Origin: an uncultured bacterium
GTDB taxonomy: Bacteria > Patescibacteriota > Minisyncoccia > Phycocordibacterales > PALSA-1337
DNA length: 56,517 nucleotides
Assembly: GCA_903842025.1 (NCBI GenBank)
Contig: CAIMKX010000009.1
Location: 1 to 56,517, forward strand
Direction: 5' to 3'
The notes under the pieces were generated by a model, which was not told where the DNA came from, did not search any database, and saw only the letters and a list, made by a program, of their open reading frames with translations. Numbering within the stretch: the first letter of the stretch is position 1; each line of letters starts with the position of its first letter. A program made the position numbers and the translations under genes. Below are positions 1 through 9,761 of the stretch, in pieces.

Positions 1-208
1 CTGATTTCGTTGTCAGTTAAACTCATTACGACATATATTTTAACATGGATGAAACGAAACAACTGTGTTGTTATTCACAGGGCGGCGATTAGGTCGAGGA
101 GGGGTGTGAGGGGTTACTTTGTTTGGTCGATCCCGCGCCGGCAGGTTGACTTTCGCGGGACAAAACAAATCATTGGCGATGCCTATTATATACCAAGGAG
201 ATAAAATC

Positions 209-264
209 CTGATAAAATCTTGTTCAAGAACTGATAAAATTTTGTTCAAGAACTGATAAAATTC
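209..264. repeat. 22-bp tandem direct repeat x2.5
   Basis: ctgataaaat(c/t)ttgttcaagaa repeated at 209, 231 and (partial) 253. Confidence 0.8.
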
Positions 265-338
265 TTACCATGTCTGACATGGTAACGAGGTTATATCATG
301 TTGATAAGTGACAACCTTACCATGTCAGACATGGTAAG
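265..338. promoter_or_regulatory. two copies of the perfect palindrome TTACCATGTC-N-GACATGGTAA
   Basis: Copies at 265-285 and 316-338. A third copy of the core lies at 17623-17639. Confidence 0.5.
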
Positions 339-1162
339 AAAGTCCTTTTAACATTCTCTACCAGTTGTTCCCTCACCTTTTCCCCTTCTTCTCCCCTGAT
401 CTTGGCTATCATTTTTACCACTTCAATCACATAAGTCGGCTCATTTCGCTGTCCACGATGTGGAATAGGTGCAACATAAGGACAATCAGTTTCCGACATT
501 ATTCGATCCAATGGAATGTATTTAATGATTTCATCGTAATTCCTGGCAAAGGTAATGACTCCGGTGAAGGAAAAGGTACAGCCCAAATCAAGAAACAACT
601 TGGTTTCTTCCAACCCGCCGGCGTAGAAGTGAAGATTGGCCTTGACCTTGGCGCGTTCTTTTAGGATTTGATGGGCATCCAAATAAGCGTTTGGCCCAGA
701 CTTATCATTTCCATTGCGGATATGAAGCATTAGGGGCTTATTGGCAGAATTGGCAACATCGATCATAACTTCAAAAGCTTGGCGCTGTTTATCGATTGAA
801 TCCTGATCCAGATGAAAATAATCCAATCCGCTCTCGCCAATCGCCACAACCTTCGGGTCTTTAGCCAATTCCAAATATGAATTGAAATCAGCCTGTTCTC
901 CCCTTGAAGTAAACTCTTTCCCACCTTCACCCAATTCCTGCAAATCATGGTGAGACTTGGAAGTATGAATGGGATGCAATCCGACCGCGGCATACATATT
1001 CTCGTGCGTGTGGGCTAATTCTATTGCCTTCTTGGAAGTATCGATCTGGGTGCCGACAGAGATCATTCCAACTCCCGCATCTTGGGCACGTTTGATGACT
1101 TCTTCCCTGTCGGGATCAAATCCTGAGAAATTAACGTGGCCGTGAATATCGTAATACTCCAT
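317..1162 (-). CDS. tatD: TatD-family metal-dependent hydrolase
   Basis: ORF 317..1195. Contains YDIHGHVNF (HxH metal site), GLHP, GESGLDY, LHIR and SETDCPY motifs of the TatD amidohydrolase fold. Start trimmed to ATG 1162 (MEYYDIHGH) because upstream codons lie in repeat A1. Confidence 0.8.
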   Translation of the reverse strand: MEYYDIHGHVNFSGFDPDREEVIKRAQDAGVGMISVGTQIDTSKKAIELAHTHENMYAAVGLHPIHTSKSHHDLQELGEGGKEFTSRGEQADFNSYLELAKDPKVVAIGESGLDYFHLDQDSIDKQRQAFEVMIDVANSANKPLMLHIRNGNDKSGPNAYLDAHQILKERAKVKANLHFYAGGLEETKLFLDLGCTFSFTGVITFARNYDEIIKYIPLDRIMSETDCPYVAPIPHRGQRNEPTYVIEVVKMIAKIRGEEGEKVREQLVENVKRTFLPCLTW

Positions 1163-1190
1163 AAGTTTGTCTGAATTGTTAGAGATTAGT

Positions 1191-1313
1191 TGCAAATTTT
1201 TAATTGACCTAATTTCTAAGTTCTAAGAAAGCACCAAACCCCAATTTCCAAAATTCTGACATTGGGGTTTGGGATTTTCTTAGGTCAATTAGAAATTAGG
1301 TTAATTAGAAATT
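1191..1313. repeat. family A palindromic MITE/REP-like element, copy A1
   Basis: Begins tgcaaattt..taatt and ends aattagaaatt. The core is caccaaaccccaatttcc...ttggggtttggg. Confidence 0.8.
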
Positions 1314-1320
1314 CCCCAAC

Positions 1321-2793
1321 TTACTTCCTCATGAACAACGGCTCCTTCGGCATTTCATTCTTCTCCGTCAAATTTATAATCTTGGCCGCGGTTTCCGGCA
1401 TTATAGGTAGCAACATTGTGCCAATAATATTCAGACGTGCCAAAAGCTCCTTGATGTCAGCCTCGCCACCAGCTTTGTCAGTCTTGATTTTCTTGAAGGG
1501 TTGGCGTTCCTGAACAATCTTATCCGTATTGGAAATCAGCTCCCAGACGGCATTTGAAGCGGCTTGAATGTTGTATTCATCAAATCCGGCTCTGTATTTC
1601 TTCTGTAAATCTTTGATTTCGTTTGAATTCAAAAGAGTTTTTAGTATCTCCTCGTCAAACTTAATCCCATTGGCCTCAGCCATTTTCATCACCCGAGAAA
1701 CAAGATTACCCAAACCGTTGGCCAGATGGGCGTTGAAAGCCTCCTTGAATTTGTCCATGGTAAACGGACTGTCCTCAAACGGAGCCAATTCGCGAGCAAC
1801 ATAATAGCGCAAAGCTTCTGTTCCATATTCTTTAACGACTTCCAGTGGATCAACGGTATTACCCAAAGATTTGGACATTTTGATGCCACCCTCGCCGGTC
1901 ACGAAGCCGTCGATGATGATCTGCTTGGACGGCGAAATCTTGGCGGAGAGGAGCATGGCCTGCCACATGGCAGATTGTTGGCGAAGATTGTCCTTGCCGC
2001 AATATTGGACGACGCCGCCGGTTTCCAGCCAGAATTTCTTGAATTGTTTCTCATCATCAGGCCAACCGACTGCGGAGATATAGTTGACCAAAGCGTCGAA
2101 CCAGACATACATGACCTGGGTCTCATCGCCTGGTACAGGAATACCCCACGGCATCTTGCTAGCCAAGCGGGAAATGCTGAAATCCTCGAGGCCTCTTTCG
2201 ACGAAAGCCCTGATCTCATTCAAGCGCGTATTTGGGACGACGAATTTTTCCTGCTTTTCATAAAGATCCATGAGAGGTTTCTGGAATATGCTGAAGCGGA
2301 AGAAATAATTCTCTTCCTGGATAATCTCCAAATCTTGGAGAGGATGCAAAGGACATTTGCCGTCGACCAATTCCGAGTCAGTCTTTTCCAGTTCACAGCC
2401 GATGCAATACTTGACTGAATAATTCTTTTTGTAGATAAGACCGTTTTTGTTGACGATCTTCCAGAATTCCTGGGCGGCCATGACGTGGTGCTTGTCGGTC
2501 GTCCGAATGAAATTCACGTCCGGCATCAGGCCCAAGAGCGGCATTATCTCACGAAATTTTTGCGCGGTTTCGTCGACATATTTTTGTGGTTCCAAACCCA
2601 ACTGTTTGGCTTTTTGGTAAATCTTGATGCCATGTTCATCGGTTCCGGTGTTAAAAAAGACTTCGAAACCATCAAGCTTTTTGGCTCGAGCAATGATGTC
2701 GGCCCTGATGAATTCCAAGGCGTGACCGATGTGCGGAATAGCGTTCACATACGGCAAAGTCGTGGTGATGTAAAAGGGTATTTTCATGTACAA
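1321..2793 (-). CDS. metG: methionyl-tRNA synthetase (short form)
   Basis: Class I motifs PHIGHAL (HIGH) and KMSKSLGN. Zn knuckle CIGCE...CPLH. Length 490 aa. Confidence 0.95.
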   Translation of the reverse strand: MYMKIPFYITTTLPYVNAIPHIGHALEFIRADIIARAKKLDGFEVFFNTGTDEHGIKIYQKAKQLGLEPQKYVDETAQKFREIMPLLGLMPDVNFIRTTDKHHVMAAQEFWKIVNKNGLIYKKNYSVKYCIGCELEKTDSELVDGKCPLHPLQDLEIIQEENYFFRFSIFQKPLMDLYEKQEKFVVPNTRLNEIRAFVERGLEDFSISRLASKMPWGIPVPGDETQVMYVWFDALVNYISAVGWPDDEKQFKKFWLETGGVVQYCGKDNLRQQSAMWQAMLLSAKISPSKQIIIDGFVTGEGGIKMSKSLGNTVDPLEVVKEYGTEALRYYVARELAPFEDSPFTMDKFKEAFNAHLANGLGNLVSRVMKMAEANGIKFDEEILKTLLNSNEIKDLQKKYRAGFDEYNIQAASNAVWELISNTDKIVQERQPFKKIKTDKAGGEADIKELLARLNIIGTMLLPIMPETAAKIINLTEKNEMPKEPLFMRK

Positions 2794-2844
2794 ATCAGTC
2801 TACAGCGAGAAGGTATTGAAGGCAACCTGTCGAAAACGAGATGT

Positions 2845-2963
2845 TGCAAATTCCTAATTACCTAATTTCTAATTACTAAGAAAGCACCAAACCCCAATTT
2901 CCAATATTTCGCCATTGGGACTTGGGATTTTTTTAGAAATTAGAAATTAGGTAATTAGAAATT
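2845..2963. repeat. family A element, copy A2
   Basis: Same termini (tgcaaattcctaatt ... aattagaaatt) and core. The right end supplies the last codons and stop of the AI-2E gene (..ENF*). Confidence 0.8.
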
Positions 2964-4055
2964 CTCATTCTTTCCCACCATCGCCCTCTCCGCCACTTCG
3001 GCCTTCTTGTACTTCTCAATATCCTTGACGTATTCCATGAAGGCCGCGGAAAGCGGAACGGCGATAAGGGCGCCGAGGACGCCGGCCAGCTTGGCACCAA
3101 TCACCAAAGCCAAGATAACCACGATCGGAGAGATACCGACGACTTTCTTCACGACCAGCGGATAGAAGATCTGGCTTTCAAATTGATAGATGATGAGATA
3201 GAGGCCCAAAAGCAGGAAACCGGTGCCGATGCCGCGATCGGAGAAAGCCAGGAGAATGGCGGGAATCGAGGAAATGATCGGTCCGAAAACGGGGATAATT
3301 TCGAACATGCCGGCGAAGACGGCCAACATCAAAGGGTGAGGTATGCCTACGATGATCAAGACCAGATAGACCAAGAGGCCGACAACGATACCCAAGATCA
3401 CCTGGCCTTGGAGCCAGAGAGCCATCTTGCGTTGGGAGCGCTTCCAGAGATCGATGATATATTCGTGATGCCTGACCGGAGCGACAATGCGCAGGAAATC
3501 CCCCACTCCATCTGATTGGACGGCCAGATAGAAAGAAAGAACGAGTATGAGAATGAAAGAAAGAACACCACCAAAGACGACGCTGGCAGTCTTGAAAGCA
3601 CCGGCGCTGGAGCCGACAATGAAAGACTGGAGGCTGGAGATGAATTCGGAGACCGAAATGGTGTGTTGGGATACGGCTAATGAAGCGATTGTGTTATTGC
3701 CTCCTATAGAGGAGATCGGGCTCCAAAGATCTTCGATAGTAATAGTGCTGGGCAAATCGGCCAGGAAACTGACCGAATCGTTGACGACCAGAGGCACGAA
3801 GAATATCAGTATGCCGGCCAAAACAGCGGCGATCAGAACATAAATGATGACCACGGAAATGATCCGATGGATCCTCATCCGGCCCATCCGGCGGATGACC
3901 GGCTCGGCGGCCGAGGCGATGACGATGGCGGCCATGATGACCAGAACGACGTCGGAGATGTAGTAGAGCAGCAAAAGCAGGACGGCGATCGCAAAAAATC
4001 TGACGATAGTGCCGGTATTCACGATGATGTTGGCGCTGTGAGAGGAGTCGGACAT
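2955..4055 (-). CDS. AI-2E family (PerM-like) transporter
   Basis: Polytopic membrane ORF with the hydrophobic pattern typical of the AI-2E/UPF0118 family. Start trimmed to MSDSSHS (ATG 4055) because the first 29 codons (..LDSRFRGND..) are read from repeat B1. Confidence 0.8.
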   Translation of the reverse strand: MSDSSHSANIIVNTGTIVRFFAIAVLLLLLYYISDVVLVIMAAIVIASAAEPVIRRMGRMRIHRIISVVIIYVLIAAVLAGILIFFVPLVVNDSVSFLADLPSTITIEDLWSPISSIGGNNTIASLAVSQHTISVSEFISSLQSFIVGSSAGAFKTASVVFGGVLSFILILVLSFYLAVQSDGVGDFLRIVAPVRHHEYIIDLWKRSQRKMALWLQGQVILGIVVGLLVYLVLIIVGIPHPLMLAVFAGMFEIIPVFGPIISSIPAILLAFSDRGIGTGFLLLGLYLIIYQFESQIFYPLVVKKVVGISPIVVILALVIGAKLAGVLGALIAVPLSAAFMEYVKDIEKYKKAEVAERAMVGKNENF

Positions 4056-4076
4056 GGGTATATTATAACATTGTGT

Positions 4077-4255
4077 GTCATTCCCGCGAAAGCGGGAATC
4101 CAGGATATCACCAATGACAAAATCCAAATGACAAATTTCCAATCAAATCCAAAGCTCAAATGTCAAAATTTGGATTTTGAGCTTTGACATTGATTTGTCA
4201 TTAGAAATTTGTCATTTGTCATTCAACACTGGATTCCCGCCTTCGCGGGAATGAC
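4077..4255. repeat. family B long composite palindromic element, copy B1
   Basis: Terminal hairpins gtcattcccgcgaaagcgggaatcc / ggattcccgccttcgcgggaatgac flank an inner palindrome (caaagctcaaatgtcaaaatttggattttgagctttg). Confidence 0.85.
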
Positions 4256-4267
4256 AACCAAATCACC

Positions 4268-5539
4268 TTATTTGAACCTAAAATACTCTCTCACTTCTTC
4301 ACTGTCTTTAAACCTCCCCACCACCGCCAGATTCAGCCCTTCATTGACGAATATTTCCTTGGCTAATTTTTGGACATCCTTGGCAGTCACAGCATTGATC
4401 TTGGCGATGATATCCGCCGGAGACTCGATCTTACCCCTGATCACCTCCTGATCGCCGCAAAACATCGCTCTGGCATCGGAAGTCTCCAGACCAAGCATGG
4501 TCGTTCCGGCGATGTAATCTTTGACTTTTTTGAGTTCAGCATCACTGACCGATTCGTTCTTCAAACGTTCACATTCAAGAATAATGTTCTTGATACCGAT
4601 TTCGATACGCGTATTGTCCAAACCAGCGGAAATGGCAAAGAAACCGTGATCAGTGAAGGCATTGTGTTCAGCCTTGATGTAATAGCAGATGCCGAGCTCG
4701 TCACGCATTTTGGAAAAGAGTCGGGAGCTCATGCCATGGCCGAGAATTGTGGCAAGGACATCCATAGTGGGAATTCTTTTGTCATGTACGGAAAATGTCC
4801 TCTGACCGATGACGATATGGGCCTGATCAGTCTCTTTGGCTTCGATCTTGATCTGCGGAGATTTTTGTGATTCTTTGACTTTAAGTTTTGAAGATTTTGC
4901 TGCGTCAGGAATCACTGAGAAGACTTTGCTGATCTTTTTCAAAACTTCCTTTTCATCAAATGATCCGGCAATCATGACAACCGTCGCCTTGGCAACATAA
5001 TTCGCATTGCGGTAGGTCAAAAGCTGTTCACGGGTAAAAGCGCGGACATTCTCCTCGGTTCCGGCAATATTCCAACCAACCGGCTGATCGCCATAAATAA
5101 GTTCCATGATAACGTCCTGGACATGCTGTTGAGGCAGATCCTTGTACATCCGGATCTCTTCGACGATCACGCCTTTTTCTTTCTGCATTTCATTCTGGTC
5201 AAAAAGAGGGTTCAAATAGAGATCGGAGACGACATCGATGATCTTGTCGAGATGGCGGGCGTCGGCTTTGGCGTAATAGCCGGTGCATTCCTGGCCGGTG
5301 AAGGCGTTGTAATTGGCGCCGATGGAGTCGAGCTCGCGGGAGATGTCGCTGGCCTTCGGCCGTCTCGGCGTTCCCTTGAAGAGCATATGCTCGAGGAAAT
5401 GCGAAAGGCCGTTGTCCTTTTTTGACTCATATTTGGACCCAGCTTCGACCATGGCAAGGATCGTCACCGACGGATTGTCGGCCATAGGAATAGTTACGAT
5501 TCTGAGGCCATTTAATAATACACTTTGGTTGAATTTCAT
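4268..5539 (-). CDS. M16-family zinc peptidase (insulinase/pitrilysin-like)
   Basis: Inverted zinc motif HFLEHMLFKGT (HxxEH) near the N-terminus. Two-domain length of 423 aa. Confidence 0.9.
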   Translation of the reverse strand: MKFNQSVLLNGLRIVTIPMADNPSVTILAMVEAGSKYESKKDNGLSHFLEHMLFKGTPRRPKASDISRELDSIGANYNAFTGQECTGYYAKADARHLDKIIDVVSDLYLNPLFDQNEMQKEKGVIVEEIRMYKDLPQQHVQDVIMELIYGDQPVGWNIAGTEENVRAFTREQLLTYRNANYVAKATVVMIAGSFDEKEVLKKISKVFSVIPDAAKSSKLKVKESQKSPQIKIEAKETDQAHIVIGQRTFSVHDKRIPTMDVLATILGHGMSSRLFSKMRDELGICYYIKAEHNAFTDHGFFAISAGLDNTRIEIGIKNIILECERLKNESVSDAELKKVKDYIAGTTMLGLETSDARAMFCGDQEVIRGKIESPADIIAKINAVTAKDVQKLAKEIFVNEGLNLAVVGRFKDSEEVREYFRFK

Positions 5540-5579
5540 AGAGTCACTGTATCATAACCAAACGCAATTGAGAATTGGT

Positions 5580-5834
5580 TCAGGCTATTTCGAGCTTCCT
5601 CTCGAGGCGTTTGATGCGGGTTGAGTGATCTTTGAAGACTGCACTCTCAACATTGTCCATCTTAACTTCCAGACGATCAACTTTGACTTCGAGGATGTCA
5701 AAGCGTTTATCTACGGCATCAAATCGTTCATCCATTTCTTGACGTAATTCTCTGAATTGATGACTATTTTCATCGAAACCCTTCTTGACCATTAATGCCA
5801 GCTCTTCCAATGTAATTTTAGGAGTATTATTCAT
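5580..5834 (-). CDS. small coiled-coil hypothetical protein
   Basis: ORF 5580..5903 trimmed to MNNTPKITLEEL. Heptad-like DKRFDILEVKVDRLEVKMDNVES. No recognised family. Confidence 0.45.
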   Translation of the reverse strand: MNNTPKITLEELALMVKKGFDENSHQFRELRQEMDERFDAVDKRFDILEVKVDRLEVKMDNVESAVFKDHSTRIKRLERKLEIA

Positions 5835-6178
5835 GATGAATATTATTAATATTAATAATGTCTGAGTTCTAACATTTTTTTGGTTCCTTGAGGATTTTAT
5901 CAAACCATCTATCCATCATTGCGAAACCATCCTCAAGTAGCTTGGCAATGTCCTCTGTTGTAACCTTCGGTTTTTGTTTTTTGGATTTATCCTTCATATA
6001 CTTGATTTTTATTCTAATAATATTTGGCTTACGAACTACAAATTTGGCAGGTTGTCACATATTTTACTCCTCAATTTTAATCGCACAACTTCCGCTCAAA
6101 TAAAAAATGTTTCGCAGTGGTGTTTTTCATCATTACGAAACATTTTTATCAATCAAATCAAATAATTTTTTATCCTGA

Positions 6179-7570
6179 TCAGCTTTCAATTTTTCTTTGA
6201 AGAAAATCGATCAAATCAGCCTCACTGACTCTTTCCTGTTGGCCTGAATCTCTGTCTCTAATCGTAACGCCTTTACCTTCTTCAATGGTTTCAAAATCGA
6301 TAGTGACACAGAATGGCGTGCCGATCTCATCCTGGCGGCGGTAGCGCTTGCCGATGTTGCCGTTGTCGTCGAACTTAACTTTGCTTGAACCGTATACCTT
6401 CCTTAGAGACATATATATTTCCCTGGCTTTATTTATCAATTCAGGCTTATTGCGCAACAATGGAAAAACCGCAACCTTCACCGGAGCCATATTTGGGGCA
6501 AATCGAAGCACAATGCGCTTTTCCCCGTTCATTTCATCCTCATGATAAGCCTCGCACAAAAGCATCAACATAGTCCGATCAACCCCGACTGAAGTCTCAA
6601 TGACATGGGGAATGTATTTTGTCTTTGTTTCTTCGTCGTAGGCCGACAGATCCACACCGGAAAACTTTTGATGCTGAGTCAGGTCGTAATCGCCGCGATA
6701 ATGGATACCTTCAAGTTCTTCTGTCCCAAACGGAAATTCATATTGAATGTCCCAAGCGTCCTTGGCGTAGAAAACCAAATTATCATGGCGTTTCCAGTGC
6801 AATTTGTCTTTATTGACACCTAACTTCTGATAATAGGCCATTCGTTCGGTTCTCCATTCTTCATAAACCCTCAAGGCTTCACGAGGATGAATAAAATATT
6901 GCATTTCCATTTGTTCAAATTCCCGCTTGCGAAAAAGAAACTGTCTCGGACTGATCTCGTTTCGAAATGCCTTGCCGACCTGCGCTATGCCGAACGGTAT
7001 CGAGTAAAAACCGGTATCAAGAATATTTTTATAATTAATGTATATACCCTGAGCTGTTTCTCCGCGCAAATAAACATCTTGATCGTCTTCTTCAAATTTG
7101 CCGAGTGTGGAAGTGGCCAGCAGGTTTTTTGCCCGTACCAAGCCAAATTTTTTTTCTCCACATACGGGGCATTTCAATCTTTCTCGATTCGCGTCAAAAA
7201 TTTCATTTATTTGTGTTTCTGTCATCTTCTCATCAGCTTTGATTCCGATCGCTTCCAGTAAATGATCCGCGCGCTGTTTGGAATGACAGGAATTGCATAC
7301 AACCAAAGGATCAGAAAATCCTGTAGTGTGACCGCTGGCTTCCCAAACTCTGGATGCCGTAAATATGCTCGAATCAAGCAAAGCGATATTTTCATGGTCT
7401 TTCATGGTGGATGTCCATGTATCAACGACATTTCTGCGTAATTCGACTCCGTAAGGTCCAAAGTCATATGTACCGGCAAAACCACCATAGATTTCGGACC
7501 CGGCAAACACAAAGCCGCGTCTTTTGCAGAGAGCGACTATTGAATCCAAAACATCGGATTTTTTATTCAT
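6179..7570 (-). CDS. glyQS: glycyl-tRNA synthetase, alpha2 (GlyQS) type
   Basis: 463 aa. N-terminal RRGFVFAGSEIYGG..YDFGPYG and class II core and anticodon-binding motifs typical of dimeric GlyRS. Confidence 0.95.
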   Translation of the reverse strand: MNKKSDVLDSIVALCKRRGFVFAGSEIYGGFAGTYDFGPYGVELRRNVVDTWTSTMKDHENIALLDSSIFTASRVWEASGHTTGFSDPLVVCNSCHSKQRADHLLEAIGIKADEKMTETQINEIFDANRERLKCPVCGEKKFGLVRAKNLLATSTLGKFEEDDQDVYLRGETAQGIYINYKNILDTGFYSIPFGIAQVGKAFRNEISPRQFLFRKREFEQMEMQYFIHPREALRVYEEWRTERMAYYQKLGVNKDKLHWKRHDNLVFYAKDAWDIQYEFPFGTEELEGIHYRGDYDLTQHQKFSGVDLSAYDEETKTKYIPHVIETSVGVDRTMLMLLCEAYHEDEMNGEKRIVLRFAPNMAPVKVAVFPLLRNKPELINKAREIYMSLRKVYGSSKVKFDDNGNIGKRYRRQDEIGTPFCVTIDFETIEEGKGVTIRDRDSGQQERVSEADLIDFLQRKIES

Positions 7571-7595
7571 GCGGGCATTGTATATAAATTATCAA

Positions 7596-9554
7596 CTAAT
7601 TGCCAGTGACTATCTCATACCCCTGCATGAAAGAAGGATCCGTGCTGAACCTGGTGGTCAGAGCGCCTTGCTGACTGCTGAGCGATGTGCCGGTAAAGCT
7701 ATCGGTCGCCGACAAGGAAGCTGGATTGACCAGAGTCGGAGATTGGCCGGTCTGGGTGATGCTCGGAAAAAAGGAGATCTGGAAAGCAACCTCCCGACGC
7801 TTGGAGGACTTGAGGGTATAGGCGGAAACGTTTCCGACATTCCAGGTCACCAGACCGCTGTTCTGGTCATAGCTCACGTCTTCGGAAGCGGGACTGACGG
7901 AATTCAACCATTTGACGTAAGGCGGCAAAGTCGCCGTCACGACAGCCCCGCCGACGGCGCTCGAGGCATTGTCGACGTCCCAGATCACCGTGTAAGTCGT
8001 AGCTTGATCGACTCTGGGCGGTATCGGACCGCTGTTGGTGAACGGACCGCTAGTATGGACTAGGCGTCCGGACAAAGCGACGTTGGAGGAGATCTTGATG
8101 TTCCTGGCCACGGCCGCCGTAACGCTCTGCGAGACGTTGGTCTCCTGCGTCCGGTTGCCGGAGACGCTAGCGACCATGGAGACGACCGGATTGACGATGG
8201 TATTCGCCGACGTGCCGTTGTCTCGCGGAACTATCGAGAAAGTCACCGCGCCCCCTTCCCCGGCCGAAACCGAGGCGAACTCAGAATTGGTCTGTCGGCT
8301 CCAGGTGATGGTGTTGTTGGCAGAATCAAAATAGCCGCTGTCGGGCGTGACCGAGGCCCGATCGTAGGCCGTGCCGGAAAGTTTGACGGAAATCTGCATA
8401 TTGGAGACTGAAACCGGCAGATTGTTGAGCCAGGAAATGATGATTCTTTGGCTCTGGCCAAATTGGCCGATGTGATCACTGGCGGTCTGATCGCTGTCAA
8501 CGGCGATGCTCAATGAAATGAACGGTTTCTGAATGATGATATCCTGCTCAATCGAGGTAAATTGCGTACCTATGACTTTCGGATTGTCAGAGCTCTTAGT
8601 CCCCACGGCAAAATGAAAGGCCCGATTGTCGCTGTCTTCGCCTGTCAAAGAGCCGTGGATCGTGATGGTCTTTTGTCCGCCAGCCGGCAGATCGCCGATG
8701 CTCCAGGTTGCGTTGTCGCCGACGGACGGAGCCGACGAAGAGATGAATTTGTAACCGAAAGGAAAATCTCCTTTGAGCAGGACATTTTTGAGGATCTGCT
8801 GGGAATTGGACTTGAGGCTGACTTTCAGGTCAAATTCCTGGCCTGAGGCGATCTCCTTGTAGGTCGAAACGGCCAAGCTCACCGGCGCGGAGCCGAGAAG
8901 AATGTCATAGGATTTGCTCTTGGTGAAGACTGCAGTCGATCCTTTGACGTTGTAGGTCATGGAGACGACGATCTGTTTCTGGAGATTTTCCTCGCCGTAA
9001 ATGATGGCGGAGACGGTGTCCTTCACAGACTGACCGGCGGTCATATTGCCGATGAATTTGTGGTAGGTTTTCAAAGGTTGGCCGGGGTCGGCGGAGTCGA
9101 TCGAGCCGGCCGGAAAGGAAACTGTGAGATCAGCGAGCTGAAGCTCAATGTTGTTCTTGTTGGTGGCAACGATATCAAAAGAAACCGGTGTCCCCCCGGC
9201 CACCGAGACTGGTCCGCTGATCTGGATGCTGATATTGTCTCCGGAAATGATGTTGGAACCATTCAGGAAAAGATAGGCGCCGAAACCGAGAGCGGCCAAG
9301 CAAAAGATGGCCGAGACAATAAATAATTTTGTGAAAAAAGACATTTTGTGGTGCTCTTGGTATTGCTCGTTGAGGTCAAATCCTGGCTTTGACTCCAATA
9401 CGGGCAATCTATCCCACTCAGTTTTCAATTCACTTCCCTGTCCTGTTTCTGACTGAAGCTTGCGACGAGTGCGCACATCTGGGGCCGTACGCGAGTAGAG
9501 CGATTTCTTGAGCTCATCAATGTAGGAATTGTCTTCAGAAAGAGGCACGCACAT
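7596..9554 (-). CDS. membrane-anchored protein with repeated Ig/CARDB-like beta domains
   Basis: 652 aa. Cytoplasmic N-terminus, single TM (FFTKLFIVSAIFCLAALGFGAYLF), then Ser/Thr/Val-rich beta-repeat ectodomain. Family assignment is tentative. Confidence 0.55.
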   Translation of the reverse strand: MCVPLSEDNSYIDELKKSLYSRTAPDVRTRRKLQSETGQGSELKTEWDRLPVLESKPGFDLNEQYQEHHKMSFFTKLFIVSAIFCLAALGFGAYLFLNGSNIISGDNISIQISGPVSVAGGTPVSFDIVATNKNNIELQLADLTVSFPAGSIDSADPGQPLKTYHKFIGNMTAGQSVKDTVSAIIYGEENLQKQIVVSMTYNVKGSTAVFTKSKSYDILLGSAPVSLAVSTYKEIASGQEFDLKVSLKSNSQQILKNVLLKGDFPFGYKFISSSAPSVGDNATWSIGDLPAGGQKTITIHGSLTGEDSDNRAFHFAVGTKSSDNPKVIGTQFTSIEQDIIIQKPFISLSIAVDSDQTASDHIGQFGQSQRIIISWLNNLPVSVSNMQISVKLSGTAYDRASVTPDSGYFDSANNTITWSRQTNSEFASVSAGEGGAVTFSIVPRDNGTSANTIVNPVVSMVASVSGNRTQETNVSQSVTAAVARNIKISSNVALSGRLVHTSGPFTNSGPIPPRVDQATTYTVIWDVDNASSAVGGAVVTATLPPYVKWLNSVSPASEDVSYDQNSGLVTWNVGNVSAYTLKSSKRREVAFQISFFPSITQTGQSPTLVNPASLSATDSFTGTSLSSQQGALTTRFSTDPSFMQGYEIVTGN

Positions 9555-9591
9555 TATTATAACACTTAATATGAGAGGTGCGTAATCCGGC

Positions 9592-9752
9592 TTTTTGCAA
9601 CCCCCCGCGGCTTTTTTAATCCCTCCGACTTTGCTTCCAATATACCGGCATTTTCACAAAGGCTTCGCTCCACGGATTCACTCAGCCTTTGGAAAATGCA
9701 GCGGTACATTGGTCGCAAATTATCGTCGGGCTTAAAAAAGCCGCGAGGAGTT
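9592..9752. repeat. ~160-bp imperfect long palindrome (element D)
   Basis: The arms ttttgcaacccc.cgcggcttttttaa...ccaatataccggcattttcacaaagg and their reverse complement are similar by eye. The centre is near 9670. Confidence 0.75.
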
Positions 9753-9761
9753 GCAAAACCA

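Noticed and set aside
120-160. tRNA-like GGTCGATCCCGCGCC segment
   Set aside because: The T-loop would be too short, the 5' T-stem is not complementary, and no acceptor, D or anticodon arms can be drawn. It is just a cccgcg...cgcggg hairpin.
1726-2418. Long antisense or shadow ORFs (for example 1726..2418, 4370..4870, 11350..11823, 17586..18041, 29478..29897, 41744..42121, 47317..47742)
   Set aside because: They lie entirely inside well-supported genes on the opposite strand, have no recognisable motifs, and have composition typical of antisense frames.
4056-4142. N-terminal extensions of ORFs containing RFRGND / SFPRKRES peptides (AI-2E 4056-4142; recO 10359-10454)
   Set aside because: These codons are read from family B hairpin repeats located in intergenic spacers. 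Conserved protein N-termini begin at the downstream ATGs.
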